The notes under the pieces are model-generated. The model made no database searches, was not told where the DNA came from, and saw nothing but the letters and a program-made list of their open reading frames with translations. Both the position numbers and the translations under genes were made by a program. 64,000 nt of DNA. Source: Cyanobacteriota bacterium. GTDB taxonomy: Bacteria; Cyanobacteriota; Cyanobacteriia; Cyanobacteriales; Nostocaceae. Below, one piece after another: positions 51,783 through 63,324 of the stretch (position 1 is the stretch's first letter; each line of letters starts with the position of its first letter). The stretch spans positions 32,001 through 96,000 of the forward strand of contig JBJOKS010000006.1 of the NCBI GenBank assembly GCA_046045965.1. Reading direction: 5' to 3'.

Positions 51783-52328
51783 ATGGAAATTACTCACTCC
51801 CATATTATTCTTGATGCTTGTTGTGTTCTCAATCTTTGTGCATCTGGTCAGTTTTTAGCAATTTTGAAATCTCTTCCTGCGGAAATTGTCGTGACTACAG
51901 TTGTCCAAGAACGGGAATTAAACACACTCCAAAAACTTCAAAAAGAAGAAAATGATGCCGTCTTAGAGTTTGAGGAAGCGATTCAAACAGGGTTATTAAA
52001 AGTTGTAGATTTTGAATCAGAAGAGGAGGAGGAATCTTTTGTTAACTATGCTGCTGTTCTTGATGATGGTGAGTCTGCAACTTTGGCAATAGCAGTTCAT
52101 AGAAAATGGGCGATCGCCACCGACGACAAAAAAGCAATCAAATTTATTCAACAAACTGCACCACACATTCAGGTTTTATCCACTCCAGAAATCATCAAAC
52201 ATTGGTCAGACGTAGAAAATATTAATTCCTCAACACTTCGTAATATACTTCAGGCAATTCAGTTAAAAGCAAAATATTCACCACCTAACAATCATCCTCT
52301 CAAAAATTGGTGGATAAATGCCTTTTAA
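51783..52328 (+). CDS. PIN-fold protein (DUF3368-like) partner
   Basis: IILDAC, LDDGESATLA, ATDDKKA. Confidence 0.8.
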   Translation: MEITHSHIILDACCVLNLCASGQFLAILKSLPAEIVVTTVVQERELNTLQKLQKEENDAVLEFEEAIQTGLLKVVDFESEEEEESFVNYAAVLDDGESATLAIAVHRKWAIATDDKKAIKFIQQTAPHIQVLSTPEIIKHWSDVENINSSTLRNILQAIQLKAKYSPPNNHPLKNWWINAF

Positions 52329-52354
52329 TTCGCATTTTTGCACCTTTACTTGAG

Positions 52355-52378
52355 AAAAAAAGGTGGGAAACACCCACC
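52355..52378 (-). terminator. Terminator of prolyl oligopeptidase
   Basis: GGTGGG/CCCACC stem with A7 on the + strand. Confidence 0.6.
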
Positions 52379-52384
52379 CAAAAC

Positions 52385-54454
52385 CTAAACCTCAACCCCC
52401 AAAACCCTCACCAAAAACCCCCACTTATCCGCCGCTTCTTCAATAATTTTCGTCGTCGGTTTACCCGCACCATGTCCCGCCTTCGTTTCAATTCTAATCA
52501 ACACTGGTGCATCCCCAACATGACATTCCTGCAAAGTTGCAGCAAACTTAAAACTATGGGCAGGAACTACCCTATCATCATGATCTGCGGTAGTAATTAA
52601 AGTAGCAGGATAAGCAGTACCCGGCTTTAAATTATGCAACGGAGAATAAGCATATAAAGTGTTAAACTCCTCCGCATTTTCCGAAGAACCATATTCAGCT
52701 ACCCAAGCCCAACCAATGGTAAATTGATGGAAACGCAACATATCCATCACACCCACTGCGGGTAAAGCTGCTGCAAATAATTCTGGCCGTTGTGTCATAC
52801 AAGCACCCACCAACAAACCGCCATTACTACCACCACCAATAGCTAATTTTTGCGGTTGGGTGTAATTATTAGCAATTAACCATTCCGCAGCAGCAATAAA
52901 ATCATCAAAAACATTCTGCTTTTTCTCTTTCATTCCGGCTTGATGCCATTCTTCACCATATTCACCACCACCGCGCAAATTAGGTACTGCATAAACTCCC
53001 CCCATTTCCATCCACACCAACAAACTAACAGAAAAATTGGGAGTTAATGAAGCATTAAAACCACCATATCCATAGAGATAAGTTGGGTTATTGCCATCTA
53101 ATTTAATACCTTTTTTATAGGTAATAAACATCGGTATTTGTGTACCGTCTTTACTTTGATAGAAGACTTGTTTTGTCTCATATTCATCAGCATTAAAATC
53201 TACCTTTGGCTGCCGGAAAATTTCACTTTTACCCGTTTTCATGTCGTAGCGGTAGATAGTTCCTGGTGTTGTAAAGCTGGTAAAACTATAAAATGTTTCT
53301 GTCTCATCTCGCTTTCCACCAAAACCACCTGCTGAACCAATTCCCGGTAATTCTACTTCTCTGATAAAATTACCTTGTAAGTCAAAGATTTTAATTTTGC
53401 TATAGGCATCTTGCAGATAATCAGCTATAAATTGATTATTTAAAATGCCCACATCATCTAATTTTTCATCTGCTTGAGAAATAATTTCTACCCAATTTTC
53501 TGAAGTCGGATGTTTCGTATCAATGGCAATAACTCTGCCCCGTGGAGCATTTAAATCTGTGCGAAAATAAAAAACATCATCATCATGATCAATAAAGCTG
53601 TAATTTGCCTCAAATTGGTTAATTAATTCAACAACTTCAGAATTTGGGTTAGTTAAATCTTTGTAAAAAACCAAGTTTCTGGAATCAGTTCCTAACCAAA
53701 CAGAAATTATCAAATATTTGCCATCTTCTGTTACATCACCACTAAAACCCCATTCTTTTTGATCAAGACGATGATAAATTAAGATGTCTTCTGATTGAGA
53801 TGTACCCAGTTTATGGTAATAAAGTTTTTGATAGTAATTAACATCCTCTAATTTAGTTTTTTCATTTGGTTGATCATAACGACTGTAGAAAAAACCTTGA
53901 TGATCATGAGTCCAAGAAGCACCAGAAAATTTAATCCATTGTAGATGATCTGATAAATCTGTACCTGTTTGAATATCTTTAACTTTCCATTCTTGCCAAT
54001 CTGAACCAGAGGTGGATAAACCATAAGCTAGAAGCTTACCACTTTCACTAATTTCTATTCCTGAAAGAGCAACAGTACCATCTTCCGAAAGTTGATTAGG
54101 GTCTAATAAAACTCTAGGTTCAGCATCTAAACTGGGAAGCGTATAAAGCACACTTTGGTTTTGTAGTCCATCATTTTTGAAATAAAAGTAGTTTTCACCT
54201 TCTTTAAAGGGAATGCCATATTTTTCATAATCCCACAGTTTAGTCAAACGTTGTTTAATTTTTTCTCTAGCAGGAATTTCGCTGAGGTACTTAAAAGTAA
54301 CTTGATTTTGTGCCTCAACCCAAACTTTTGTTTCTTCTGTATCAGGGTCTTCTAATGCACGGTAAGGGTCGGCAACCATAGTACCATGATAATTATCAAC
54401 TCGATTGCTTTTGCTAGTGGTAGGATAGTTGAAGGATTTTTTAGAGTTGGACAT
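52385..54454 (-). CDS. Prolyl oligopeptidase (S9A)
   Basis: GGSNGG, DHDDRV, AGHGAG catalytic triad motifs. Confidence 0.96.
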   Translation of the reverse strand: MSNSKKSFNYPTTSKSNRVDNYHGTMVADPYRALEDPDTEETKVWVEAQNQVTFKYLSEIPAREKIKQRLTKLWDYEKYGIPFKEGENYFYFKNDGLQNQSVLYTLPSLDAEPRVLLDPNQLSEDGTVALSGIEISESGKLLAYGLSTSGSDWQEWKVKDIQTGTDLSDHLQWIKFSGASWTHDHQGFFYSRYDQPNEKTKLEDVNYYQKLYYHKLGTSQSEDILIYHRLDQKEWGFSGDVTEDGKYLIISVWLGTDSRNLVFYKDLTNPNSEVVELINQFEANYSFIDHDDDVFYFRTDLNAPRGRVIAIDTKHPTSENWVEIISQADEKLDDVGILNNQFIADYLQDAYSKIKIFDLQGNFIREVELPGIGSAGGFGGKRDETETFYSFTSFTTPGTIYRYDMKTGKSEIFRQPKVDFNADEYETKQVFYQSKDGTQIPMFITYKKGIKLDGNNPTYLYGYGGFNASLTPNFSVSLLVWMEMGGVYAVPNLRGGGEYGEEWHQAGMKEKKQNVFDDFIAAAEWLIANNYTQPQKLAIGGGSNGGLLVGACMTQRPELFAAALPAVGVMDMLRFHQFTIGWAWVAEYGSSENAEEFNTLYAYSPLHNLKPGTAYPATLITTADHDDRVVPAHSFKFAATLQECHVGDAPVLIRIETKAGHGAGKPTTKIIEEAADKWGFLVRVLGVEV

Positions 54455-54457
54455 AAT

Positions 54458-54606
54458 TAAACAGTTAACAGTTATCAGTTAACAGTTAACAGTTGTCAGC
54501 GGGAAAAGGCAATAGGCAATAGGGAATGAATAATTGGTAATTGGTAATTGGTAATTGGTAATTGAGTTATTTACCTCCCCATCTCCCCATCTCCCCATCT
54601 CCCCTG
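54458..54606. repeat. STRR arrays (TTAACAG)n, (GGTAATT)n, (CTCCCCAT)n
   Basis: Visible in sequence. Confidence 0.9.
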
Positions 54607-54616
54607 CTCTCTACCC

Positions 54617-57600
54617 CTAAGCAGTCACAAGTTTTTCTCCTCTCAGCATCCGGGTAGCTGCTTCTAGTAGTGCTTCTTCTAGATAGGGTTTAGTGAAGTA
54701 ACCACTAGCACCTAGTTGAACCGCCATTTGTCTATGTTTGTCTGCACCTCGTGAGGTGAGCATGGCAATAGGTAAGTGATTTAAGCTACTATCTGTTTGG
54801 ATGAGTGAGAGAAATTTTAGTCCATCACACTCAGGCATTTCGATGTCACAGAAGACGATATCACAAGGTAGACCAGAACGGAGTTTATTTAAAGCTTCCT
54901 TGCCATGACGGGCTTGTTCAACGCGATAACCCGCTTTGGTAAAGGTGAGAGAAAGCAATTCCCGTACAGTAATGGAGTCATCGACAATTAGCACTGTCGG
55001 ATCAATCTTCTCCTCTGGAATTTCATGTACAGGAGGAAGGGTTCTTCTTTGCCAAGAACTACCACCAATTTGTTTAGACATCTTGCCTTGGAAGATGTCA
55101 ATAATTTCTAAAACGTCGGCAATAGGCATAATGCGACCATCACCAAGCACTGTAGCACCAGCAACACCACTGGGTTTGGGTGCTGGGCCTTCAAATTGCT
55201 TAATGACTATTTCCTGTTCGCTTAATACTTGGTCAATTTGGAGAGCGACCATTGTATTGCCTGAGCGCACGACGACGACAGAAATCATGTTATCATCTCG
55301 CGTGCTGCTATAGATGTTACCGCGACTAATCTGGCGATTGAAGGCCAAAATTTCCTGTAAAGGTCGGAATGCTAGGACTGTATCCCGCCACCAAATAAAT
55401 GATTGCCCATCAGCATCTTTCTGGATATCCGTGACCGCTATATCTAGTGTGTCTTCCACACCGTCCATTGGGAAGGCAATTCTCGACCTATTAGAGATAC
55501 AGCAGAGAGCTTTACAAATACTCAGGGTCAGTGGTAAGCGAATGGTGAAGGTGGTTCCTTTGCCTAGTACCGAATCTGTGCTAACTGTGCCACGAATTTC
55601 GTTAATATTGTTTTCAACCACGTTCATGCCCACGCCCCGGCCTTTGATATCATCAACTTCATCGGCTGTGCTGAAATTGGGCAGAAACAAAAGTTCATAA
55701 GCATCTTGGCGAGACATATTTTTTGCTTCTTCTGGTGTAATCACACCTTTTTGTATCGCCTTCTGTTTAACTCTATCGTGATCAATCCCAGCACCGTCAT
55801 CAGTGACAGCAATTACGGTTTGGTTGCCTTGGTGGAAAGCGCGGATAGAGATAGTCCCCACCGGTGATTTACCTGCTGCTGTGCGGACTTCTGGAGTTTC
55901 AATACCGTGAGCGATCGCATTATTGAGCATATGGGTAAGCGGGTCAGTCAGATGATCCAAAATCATCTTGTCAACTAATGTATCTGCTCCTTCCGCCACC
56001 AATTCTACTTGTTTTCCATACTTGATGCCGTTATCCCGCACACCTCGGCGTAAGCGGTCAATAGCTTGAGCAAAAGGCACCATTCGCGTTCTTGTCAGAC
56101 CCTCTTGTAGCTGGGTGGTGACTTGGCGAAACTGCCGCGCTACTCGCTCGGTTTCTTCGGTAACAAAATCAATGTCGCTGGCTGACTCCCGCACTCGCAC
56201 AATGTATTCTATTGTCTCTTGAGAGAGGGTATGAAAGAGGGTAAACTGATCCATCTCCAGTTCACTAAAACCTCTATCATGGGCGTGACCAGAACGACCT
56301 TGTTCTCTGGATCTACGGCTACTCAACAACGAAGCCTCTAGGAGCGATCGCTCATATAACTCCTGCATCCTCGCACCCACATCGGAAAGATGTTGAATTT
56401 GAATTAGCAAGTTATCTAGGGACTGTCGTAGACGCTCTTGATCCTGCTCTAAGGTATTGCGATTGACCACCAACTCCCCAACTAAGTTGCTCATCTCATC
56501 CAGTTGCTTAACTGGAATCTTCATGCTTTCTTCTCTAACACGACGAATAGCCGGACGTGGTGTTTTGCTGGTGTTAGATTTTATCCCTCTTGCTGGTGCG
56601 TTCATTGTTTGATCCGCTTCGGCCAGCAACTTCTCCAAGTCTCCAAATTCATCAGGTATTTTTGAGGACTCAGTAGAATTTTGAGCTTTTGCCACCACAG
56701 GTTGGCTCAGTTTTGGTGGCGCTTTCGGCATCTGTGCGGCCTCAGCATTATCTGTACTCAATAATGCTTCTAAAGCTGCAAAATCTGCTTCTGGTATGGA
56801 TACTGGATTGGTAATGGTTTCTAATTGTTCATTTAGTAATGTGTCTAAGATAGCAAATTCATCTAGCACAGAAGTTGGATTTTCTGAGGTCTCCGCTTCT
56901 GGTTGCTGAGAATTTGCCTCTATCAGCGTTAGTTCCAGTTGAGCAAATACATCTGCTGTAACTTCCCCTGCTTCTAGACCCAATTTCAGTAAATTAGCAT
57001 CTAAAGGCTGATCAATCTCTTCTACCAAGCTTTCGCTCACATCCTGGTTCAATAGCTCTGGTTGTGTTTGCTCGCTGAAACTCAGGTTTCCAGACTGCTC
57101 TGCAGCAATTTCTGTGGTTTCCTGAAGATCAATTGACTCTATTGCTGTTGTATTCTCCAAGGAGACTGATAAATGCTCATTGCTGTTGTCAGCAAAACTC
57201 GTAAACAGATCTACTGCTTGTGGTTCCTGGGAGAAGTTATCAATTCTCGGCAAAGACAACTCATCATTATGATCTACTGTTGGGGAAGTAGATTGAGAAT
57301 CTGTTAAATAAGCAAATAAGTCATCTCCACCATCTGGTGTCAACCAATGATCTTCTGTTTCTTGTTGCTGGTGTTCAGTAAAATCAAAGTCTCCCAAGTA
57401 CAAGTTTTGGTTAGAACCTAACTGCTGACTATCAGCTACAGTTTCCCCAGAGGCTGCAAATAAACTTTCTTCTAATTCTTTCGCCACATCTTGTCCCAAT
57501 TGAGTAGTAGGTGGCTGTGCTGATGCTGTTCCTATCTGATCCCAGAAGCTGTTGAAGTCGTATTCAGCGGCAGAAACTTCTGCTTCTGAGTTGAGAGGTA

Positions 57601-59506
57601 AAGCAAATAAATCACCAATTTCTGAATCGTCTGTTGCTGCTGTTGTATCCTCTTCGAGTTCGTCAAAAATATTATCTAAAGACAAGCTTTCTGTTTGAGG
57701 TTGGATCAGTTCTGATGTCGGTTCCTCAAAAGTCAGTTCTTCAAAAGTTAGTTCCTCTGAAGAATCAATATTTGTATCCGTTAATAAATCATCAGAACTG
57801 GTTACTGCTACAGTTGATTCTGGTTGAGTAACTTCCTCTTGAGACAATGGTAATGATTCATTATCTTCTATTGTAAATTCCAAAAGACTTTCTACTGCTT
57901 CAACAGTATTGATACTGCTTGGTGCAGTTTCTGGAAGAGATGGGAGTGCGTCTGTAGAAATTGCCGTCAATTCTTCGTTAAGATCAGATAGGAAGAATTC
58001 TGAATTGGGATTAGTCAGGGAAAGATCGCCATTTGCTGGAGTCTCAGGAATTGTTGTTTGATGTTGCGGTGCTAAATTCTCTGATTCTAAAAATATTTCG
58101 CCGAATAATAGGGTTAGGTCTTCCGTAGTATTATTGGCAGGGCTTTGTAGTTCCTCACTGCTGATCTCATGATCCAAGGAGAGTAAATCAGCTAAATCCT
58201 GATCAATATCCTCTACTTGACCATTACTAATTCCTAATTGATGGATACTAGTTTCTAGTATTTCTTCTTGGTGCCAGGTTTGATCTAGTTCCTCAGTCTC
58301 CCCTTTAAACAAATCCTCTAGGGTATTTAACTCAGCAATGCCTACTTCAGGACCATTTAGGTCAATAAAATCGGTACTGAGGTTGGGTATTTCATCTTGA
58401 TCAGTGAATAATGAATTGATACTAGCCGCAGTTGTATCTGTTTCAGTTAGTGATATTTCTGACGAGTTATTAAATTCATGATCGCTGGTATCTGTTGAAG
58501 ATAGGTTAAGTTCTTCTATTGGTTCAAATGTAAGTGTGTTGTTGTCTGGTGACAGCAAATTATCTGGATGTATCTCTAGTGTATCTGTAACTTCTGTGTT
58601 GGTTTGTGGTTGGTCATCACCCCAATCTAATTGTAGTTCTGGGAACTCAAGTTCTGGAATTAACTCAAGTGCTTCTAGTTCCTGACTAATAGTTATTTCT
58701 GCTTCTCTACCTTGAATAACTAATTCTTGACCTTGTTTAATTTCGGTAATAATAATTTTGGCTAAAGTCAGATAACTATTGTCGGGATTAGCGATCGCAT
58801 TTCTTGCTGATTCAGACAATTTACTCCAACTGGGCAAATTAAATTGCTCACCAAGTTTAACTAATTGCTGACAGCATGACTGTAAATTTTCCCTGGATGC
58901 AGGTGTGCTACTTTGTTTAAACAGTTGCAGCATTTCCCGCAAGCATTGCAGGACTTGACTTTGAAACTCTGACCAGTTGTTTTGGTTGGTTACTAGCGGT
59001 TTTTGTGGCTGTTCTTGAGGTATAACATCTTGTTTTGGCAGTTGTGAGGGTGCAGATGCAGTGATAGGGGTGTAACCGTCTGTTGATTGTAAAAGCAGTT
59101 CTAGATGCTGATTGAGTCCTGCAAAAATCGGTTCAGTTTCTGACATCAAAGTTTTTGCAGTTTCCTCTGACAGTCCAAATGGACTACTCAAATGGTCCAA
59201 CAAAGCTTTTAGGGTATCCGAGACACTAAGAAACAAAGACTCCAATTTTTGATCTACTTGAACGGGATGCTCCCTCAGCACTTTAAAACAATCTTCCAGC
59301 CTGTGAGACGTTTCCTGGATACTACTCAAGCTCAACATAGCCGCCCCTCCTTTAATGGAGTGAGCAGCCCGGAAGACTTCGTTGATCATTTCCGAGTCAT
59401 TGAGAGTATCTTGCAGGTTCAGTAACCCCTGTTCAATGGTATTCAGGTGGTCTCTGGCTTCTTCGATAAAGTAACCTAAAATCCGTTGTTGTTGTTCAGG
59501 CTGCAT
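54617..59506 (-). CDS. hmpE: CheA-like hybrid histidine kinase (HmpE/PilL)
   Basis: Hpt FRAAHSIKG, HATPase, CheW and receiver domains; long acidic linker. Confidence 0.9.
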   Translation of the reverse strand: MQPEQQQRILGYFIEEARDHLNTIEQGLLNLQDTLNDSEMINEVFRAAHSIKGGAAMLSLSSIQETSHRLEDCFKVLREHPVQVDQKLESLFLSVSDTLKALLDHLSSPFGLSEETAKTLMSETEPIFAGLNQHLELLLQSTDGYTPITASAPSQLPKQDVIPQEQPQKPLVTNQNNWSEFQSQVLQCLREMLQLFKQSSTPASRENLQSCCQQLVKLGEQFNLPSWSKLSESARNAIANPDNSYLTLAKIIITEIKQGQELVIQGREAEITISQELEALELIPELEFPELQLDWGDDQPQTNTEVTDTLEIHPDNLLSPDNNTLTFEPIEELNLSSTDTSDHEFNNSSEISLTETDTTAASINSLFTDQDEIPNLSTDFIDLNGPEVGIAELNTLEDLFKGETEELDQTWHQEEILETSIHQLGISNGQVEDIDQDLADLLSLDHEISSEELQSPANNTTEDLTLLFGEIFLESENLAPQHQTTIPETPANGDLSLTNPNSEFFLSDLNEELTAISTDALPSLPETAPSSINTVEAVESLLEFTIEDNESLPLSQEEVTQPESTVAVTSSDDLLTDTNIDSSEELTFEELTFEEPTSELIQPQTESLSLDNIFDELEEDTTAATDDSEIGDLFALPLNSEAEVSAAEYDFNSFWDQIGTASAQPPTTQLGQDVAKELEESLFAASGETVADSQQLGSNQNLYLGDFDFTEHQQQETEDHWLTPDGGDDLFAYLTDSQSTSPTVDHNDELSLPRIDNFSQEPQAVDLFTSFADNSNEHLSVSLENTTAIESIDLQETTEIAAEQSGNLSFSEQTQPELLNQDVSESLVEEIDQPLDANLLKLGLEAGEVTADVFAQLELTLIEANSQQPEAETSENPTSVLDEFAILDTLLNEQLETITNPVSIPEADFAALEALLSTDNAEAAQMPKAPPKLSQPVVAKAQNSTESSKIPDEFGDLEKLLAEADQTMNAPARGIKSNTSKTPRPAIRRVREESMKIPVKQLDEMSNLVGELVVNRNTLEQDQERLRQSLDNLLIQIQHLSDVGARMQELYERSLLEASLLSSRRSREQGRSGHAHDRGFSELEMDQFTLFHTLSQETIEYIVRVRESASDIDFVTEETERVARQFRQVTTQLQEGLTRTRMVPFAQAIDRLRRGVRDNGIKYGKQVELVAEGADTLVDKMILDHLTDPLTHMLNNAIAHGIETPEVRTAAGKSPVGTISIRAFHQGNQTVIAVTDDGAGIDHDRVKQKAIQKGVITPEEAKNMSRQDAYELLFLPNFSTADEVDDIKGRGVGMNVVENNINEIRGTVSTDSVLGKGTTFTIRLPLTLSICKALCCISNRSRIAFPMDGVEDTLDIAVTDIQKDADGQSFIWWRDTVLAFRPLQEILAFNRQISRGNIYSSTRDDNMISVVVVRSGNTMVALQIDQVLSEQEIVIKQFEGPAPKPSGVAGATVLGDGRIMPIADVLEIIDIFQGKMSKQIGGSSWQRRTLPPVHEIPEEKIDPTVLIVDDSITVRELLSLTFTKAGYRVEQARHGKEALNKLRSGLPCDIVFCDIEMPECDGLKFLSLIQTDSSLNHLPIAMLTSRGADKHRQMAVQLGASGYFTKPYLEEALLEAATRMLRGEKLVTA

Positions 59507-59593
59507 AAACAAGGATGAAGAATAAAGGATGAATGATTAATGCAGGATTAAGGCTGAAGCATGAATGATAGTTCATACTTCAAACTTCGTCCT

Positions 59594-62500
59594 TTACCTG
59601 GATTCAATGGTTTCCACTCGGAAGCGTTCCACAGAGGCGATCAAGTCGCGGGACACTCCCACCAAGTGTTGTAAGGCTCCGGAAACTCGCTGGGCTTCTT
59701 GGGAAGTTTCTTGGGCTGTGAGTTCCACTGATTGCATCACCTGAGCTACAGCGAGAGAAGTTTCCGTCTGTTCTACGGTATCAGTGGTAATTGAGCGTAC
59801 CAGACCGTCGATATGATCGGCTACCTGGATGATGTTTTCTAGCGATCGCTTGGCTTCTTCTGCTAGTTTTGTGCCTTTAATTACCTGTTGTGTACCTTCT
59901 TCCATCGCCGTCATGACAGAGCTAGTTTCGCTCTGAATTTGCATGACGATTTGTTCAATTTCTTTCAAAGATTTGGCAGATTTGTCTGCTAACTGCCGCA
60001 CTTCATCTGCTACAATCGCAAATCCCCTGCCAGCTTCTCCGGCTCTTGCTGCCTCAATACTGGCGTTGAGTGCCAAGAGGTTGGTTCTAGAAGCAATCTG
60101 AGATACCAAGGCGACGATAGAGTTAATTTCTTGCGAAGATTCCGCCAACCGTTTCACTTTTCTGGTTGTTTCTGCCACTGTTTCCCGAATTTCCAAAATC
60201 CCCGCTACAGTATTTTCTACTGCTTCTCCTCCTTTGACTGCGATCACGCTGGCATCACGGGCTACAGTTTCTGCTTCTTTGGCTGCCACTGCTACCCGTT
60301 TAATAGATTCCGTCATCACTTGTACGGAATTGAGGGTGACAGCCAACTCTTCTGCTTGACGCAAAGCATCACCTGATAAGGCTCTAGCGAAGGTTTCTGA
60401 GTTGGTTGAACCTTTGGTAACATCCCTGGCCGCCACTTTCACCTGTTGGACAATATCCCGCAGGTTTTGAATTGTCAGGTTAAAGGCATCAGCTACTGCT
60501 CCCAGTACATCGGCTGTCACTTCAGCTTGCACTGTTAAATCTCCTCTAGCGGCTCCTTCCACATCGTCTAAGAGGCGAATCACTTGGCGTTGCAGGTTTT
60601 CTTTGGCTTCTTCTTGTTCTACTGCTTTCCGCTGGGCTTCATTAGTAGTCATGAAAATGACCCGTGCCATATCGTTAAAGCTGGTAGATAAGTACCCTAA
60701 TTCATCCTCTGAGTAAACTGTTGCCTGAACATTGAGATTTCCTTCTCGGACAGCATCAAACTGAGCTTGCAAATCTTTGGTAGTACGTCGAATTTGCTTG
60801 AGTGTCAGATTACCCATAAAGCCAGCTGTCATTCCCCCGGCCAGTCCTGCGGCTAAAGCCATTGCCCAACCTGTATTCTGCACTGACTTTCGTTGTGAGG
60901 CTGGAGAAAATGAAGTGGCTCCAAAACTGATTAAAGAGGCTACCACGACTGAGGTTACACCCACTGTAACCCCTATATACCATTGCTTTTTCTCTAGAGA
61001 GGCATTTTCAAAGAATCCAAATAAGCCCTGCTCAACACTGACGTTGGGTTCTAGTTTAGAAACTTCTGGTTGGGTAAATACAGGAACTGCTTCTTGTGCG
61101 CCTGTAATTGTGAATAATTCCTCATCACGGTCAACATCGTCATTATTAATGGAGAAATCTTCGTTAAAGCTATTGCTACCAGTAGCTGCCTTTTCCCTGG
61201 TTTCAGATAATAACCCCATATCGCTGTAGCTAGAATCTTCAGCTAGGTCAAAGCTGGGAATACTACCTAAATCATCAAATTCGTCAAAATCGCCTAAAAA
61301 CTCGATATTGTTGGGAGAATTTTCTTCCCGTGCTACAGGATTGGCATCTTCATCAGTGGTAAAGCTTTCTGAGCCAAAGGCGGACTCAAATGCCTCTAAA
61401 TCGAAACTATCATCATCATCATCAAAGTCATTGGAGTTATATCTGGTATCTAAATGCACCTGCTGTCCATTAGTAGCAAAATTGTTGTTCAAAGATGATG
61501 AAATTTGGGTACTTGAGTCAGGATCTGTTGCAGGTTCTAACTTCTCTGGAATTTGTTCTCTCCAATTATGATCTGGGCTACTCAAATATGTATTTACACT
61601 GTTGTCTCTTAAATCATTTCTATTTAAATCATGATTGATTTCCTGTTCAGCAATGACTGAATTAATATCTTCTTGGCTATGATTGGCAACGCTCAAATTC
61701 TCCAGCTTCATATCTTCAAAGTCTGGTGCATATTCTTCCATCATTAATTCAGGCGCACTTTGCCAGTTATTGTCAGCGGAAAGATTAATTTCTCCCAAAT
61801 ATAAATTAATCTGCTCCTCACTGGTTGCTGAAGCTTCCTCTTCTGAATTTACATCGAGGTCAGCAAAATGACTATTTTCTCCTGATTCACCAATATTTTC
61901 TGATGAAATGCCTTTTTGCCAGAAAGAAGGTAACTCTAAATCTCCTAGTGCTTGAGCATCATCGTTAGTTGCTTCTAACTCTAAGAATGGTTGATCTAAA
62001 GTTAGTGGTAACTCTAAATCTCCTAGTGCTTGAGCATCATCGTCAGTTGCTTCTAACTCTGAGAATGGTTGATCTAAAGTTAGTGGTAACTCTAAATCTC
62101 CTAGTGCTTGAGCATCATTGTTAGTTGCTTCTAACTCTGAGAATGGTTGATCTAAAGCGAAAGGATCATGACCAAAATCTATTGAGTGATCCTGTAGTTG
62201 ATCCAATTCAACCTGATCAAATTCAACACTATTGAAACTATCTAAATCACTTGCAAACGGATTACTCAAAGATATATCTTCAATAGCATCTTTAGATGGT
62301 TCATATTCACCAAAGGCTTTCAGATCAAAGTTGGTGTTGTCCAAGTCTCTACTAACTCCTAAATCTAGTAAATCTGCTGCATCAGTTACCAGACCATTAG
62401 ACACTTCTACAGAATTTATAGGTGAATGAGGCTCGACTGAGAATTGATCCTCACCAAAAGCCTCAAAGTATTGTTTAATACTTTCAAGATAGTTGGTAGC

Positions 62501-62740
62501 AGAGCCTAGAATTTCTTGATCATCTGTTAAATGGAACACGTTCTCATATTCTGCTTTGGCGATCTCGAATTGCTGTAAAACATAGTAGATGTGACCCCGC
62601 AACAGATGAGAATTGGGGTCATTTGGTAAGTTATGCACCGCTTGGTCTATTAAAGTAGCGGCGGCTTCATAATCCCCTTCTGTATAGGCTGTTAGTGCCT
62701 GCTGATATTTTGAATTGCGATCATCTATATTTACTACCAT
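59594..62740 (-). CDS. hmpD: Methyl-accepting chemotaxis protein (HmpD/PilJ)
   Basis: N-terminal TPR, acidic region, [42 protein letters not shown] before ATG 62740. Confidence 0.9.
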   Translation of the reverse strand: MVVNIDDRNSKYQQALTAYTEGDYEAAATLIDQAVHNLPNDPNSHLLRGHIYYVLQQFEIAKAEYENVFHLTDDQEILGSATNYLESIKQYFEAFGEDQFSVEPHSPINSVEVSNGLVTDAADLLDLGVSRDLDNTNFDLKAFGEYEPSKDAIEDISLSNPFASDLDSFNSVEFDQVELDQLQDHSIDFGHDPFALDQPFSELEATNNDAQALGDLELPLTLDQPFSELEATDDDAQALGDLELPLTLDQPFLELEATNDDAQALGDLELPSFWQKGISSENIGESGENSHFADLDVNSEEEASATSEEQINLYLGEINLSADNNWQSAPELMMEEYAPDFEDMKLENLSVANHSQEDINSVIAEQEINHDLNRNDLRDNSVNTYLSSPDHNWREQIPEKLEPATDPDSSTQISSSLNNNFATNGQQVHLDTRYNSNDFDDDDDSFDLEAFESAFGSESFTTDEDANPVAREENSPNNIEFLGDFDEFDDLGSIPSFDLAEDSSYSDMGLLSETREKAATGSNSFNEDFSINNDDVDRDEELFTITGAQEAVPVFTQPEVSKLEPNVSVEQGLFGFFENASLEKKQWYIGVTVGVTSVVVASLISFGATSFSPASQRKSVQNTGWAMALAAGLAGGMTAGFMGNLTLKQIRRTTKDLQAQFDAVREGNLNVQATVYSEDELGYLSTSFNDMARVIFMTTNEAQRKAVEQEEAKENLQRQVIRLLDDVEGAARGDLTVQAEVTADVLGAVADAFNLTIQNLRDIVQQVKVAARDVTKGSTNSETFARALSGDALRQAEELAVTLNSVQVMTESIKRVAVAAKEAETVARDASVIAVKGGEAVENTVAGILEIRETVAETTRKVKRLAESSQEINSIVALVSQIASRTNLLALNASIEAARAGEAGRGFAIVADEVRQLADKSAKSLKEIEQIVMQIQSETSSVMTAMEEGTQQVIKGTKLAEEAKRSLENIIQVADHIDGLVRSITTDTVEQTETSLAVAQVMQSVELTAQETSQEAQRVSGALQHLVGVSRDLIASVERFRVETIESR
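61929..62157 (-). repeat. In-frame 78-bp tandem repeat, about 3 copies
   Basis: Units start at 61929, 62007 and 62085. Confidence 0.95.
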
Positions 62741-62756
62741 TTCCTCCCTCCCAACT

Positions 62757-63311
62757 TCAACCTGCCCACCTAGCACTCCGCAAAATTGCTGTTTGATCAA
62801 TCAGCCTTAGATACTTATTATTTTCAGGATCTAACCATTCTCCCCGGAGAAAAGGAGCCATCGTATCTGGTACATTATTTGGTGGCATTAGATACTGTAC
62901 ATCAAGCCAACCCATACCACAGATTTGGTCTACTCCTAAGCCTACTATGATGTCTTGATCTTCAATAGCAATGACTGGTATCTCAGACCTATCGGTGTTT
63001 AATGGTGTTACCTCCCCCAGAAATTGACCCAAATCTGCTACCCAAATTAATCGACCTCGTAAATTTAGAGTACCCAAAAGAAGTGGAGAAGCATTAGGAA
63101 TCGGAGTAATACGATCAGGACTTAGTTCTATGACTTCCCTAATACCAGTTGCTGGTAATGCAAACTCCTGATGGGAAGGAATATAAAATCTTAAATGTAA
63201 CTCGCCTTTTGGGTCTATGGCTTGTGCCACGCTATCAGGACTTTCTATTTGTAATTCTGGGCGAAATTGGTCTTGACCACTGCCACTTAAAAAGTCTGGT
63301 TTACTGACCAT
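62757..63311 (-). CDS. hmpC: CheW-like protein (HmpC/PilI)
   Basis: [17 protein letters not shown]. Confidence 0.9.
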   Translation of the reverse strand: MVSKPDFLSGSGQDQFRPELQIESPDSVAQAIDPKGELHLRFYIPSHQEFALPATGIREVIELSPDRITPIPNASPLLLGTLNLRGRLIWVADLGQFLGEVTPLNTDRSEIPVIAIEDQDIIVGLGVDQICGMGWLDVQYLMPPNNVPDTMAPFLRGEWLDPENNKYLRLIDQTAILRSARWAG

Positions 63312-63324
63312 GTTTTTATCATCC

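Noticed and set aside
52307..52600. 97-aa ORF as a third gene of the ImmA-PIN module
   Set aside because: Mostly antisense to prolyl oligopeptidase and crosses its terminator
61929..62157. CRISPR array
   Set aside because: Contiguous in-frame repeats without unique spacers; no cas genes or repeat-spacer array seen in the window
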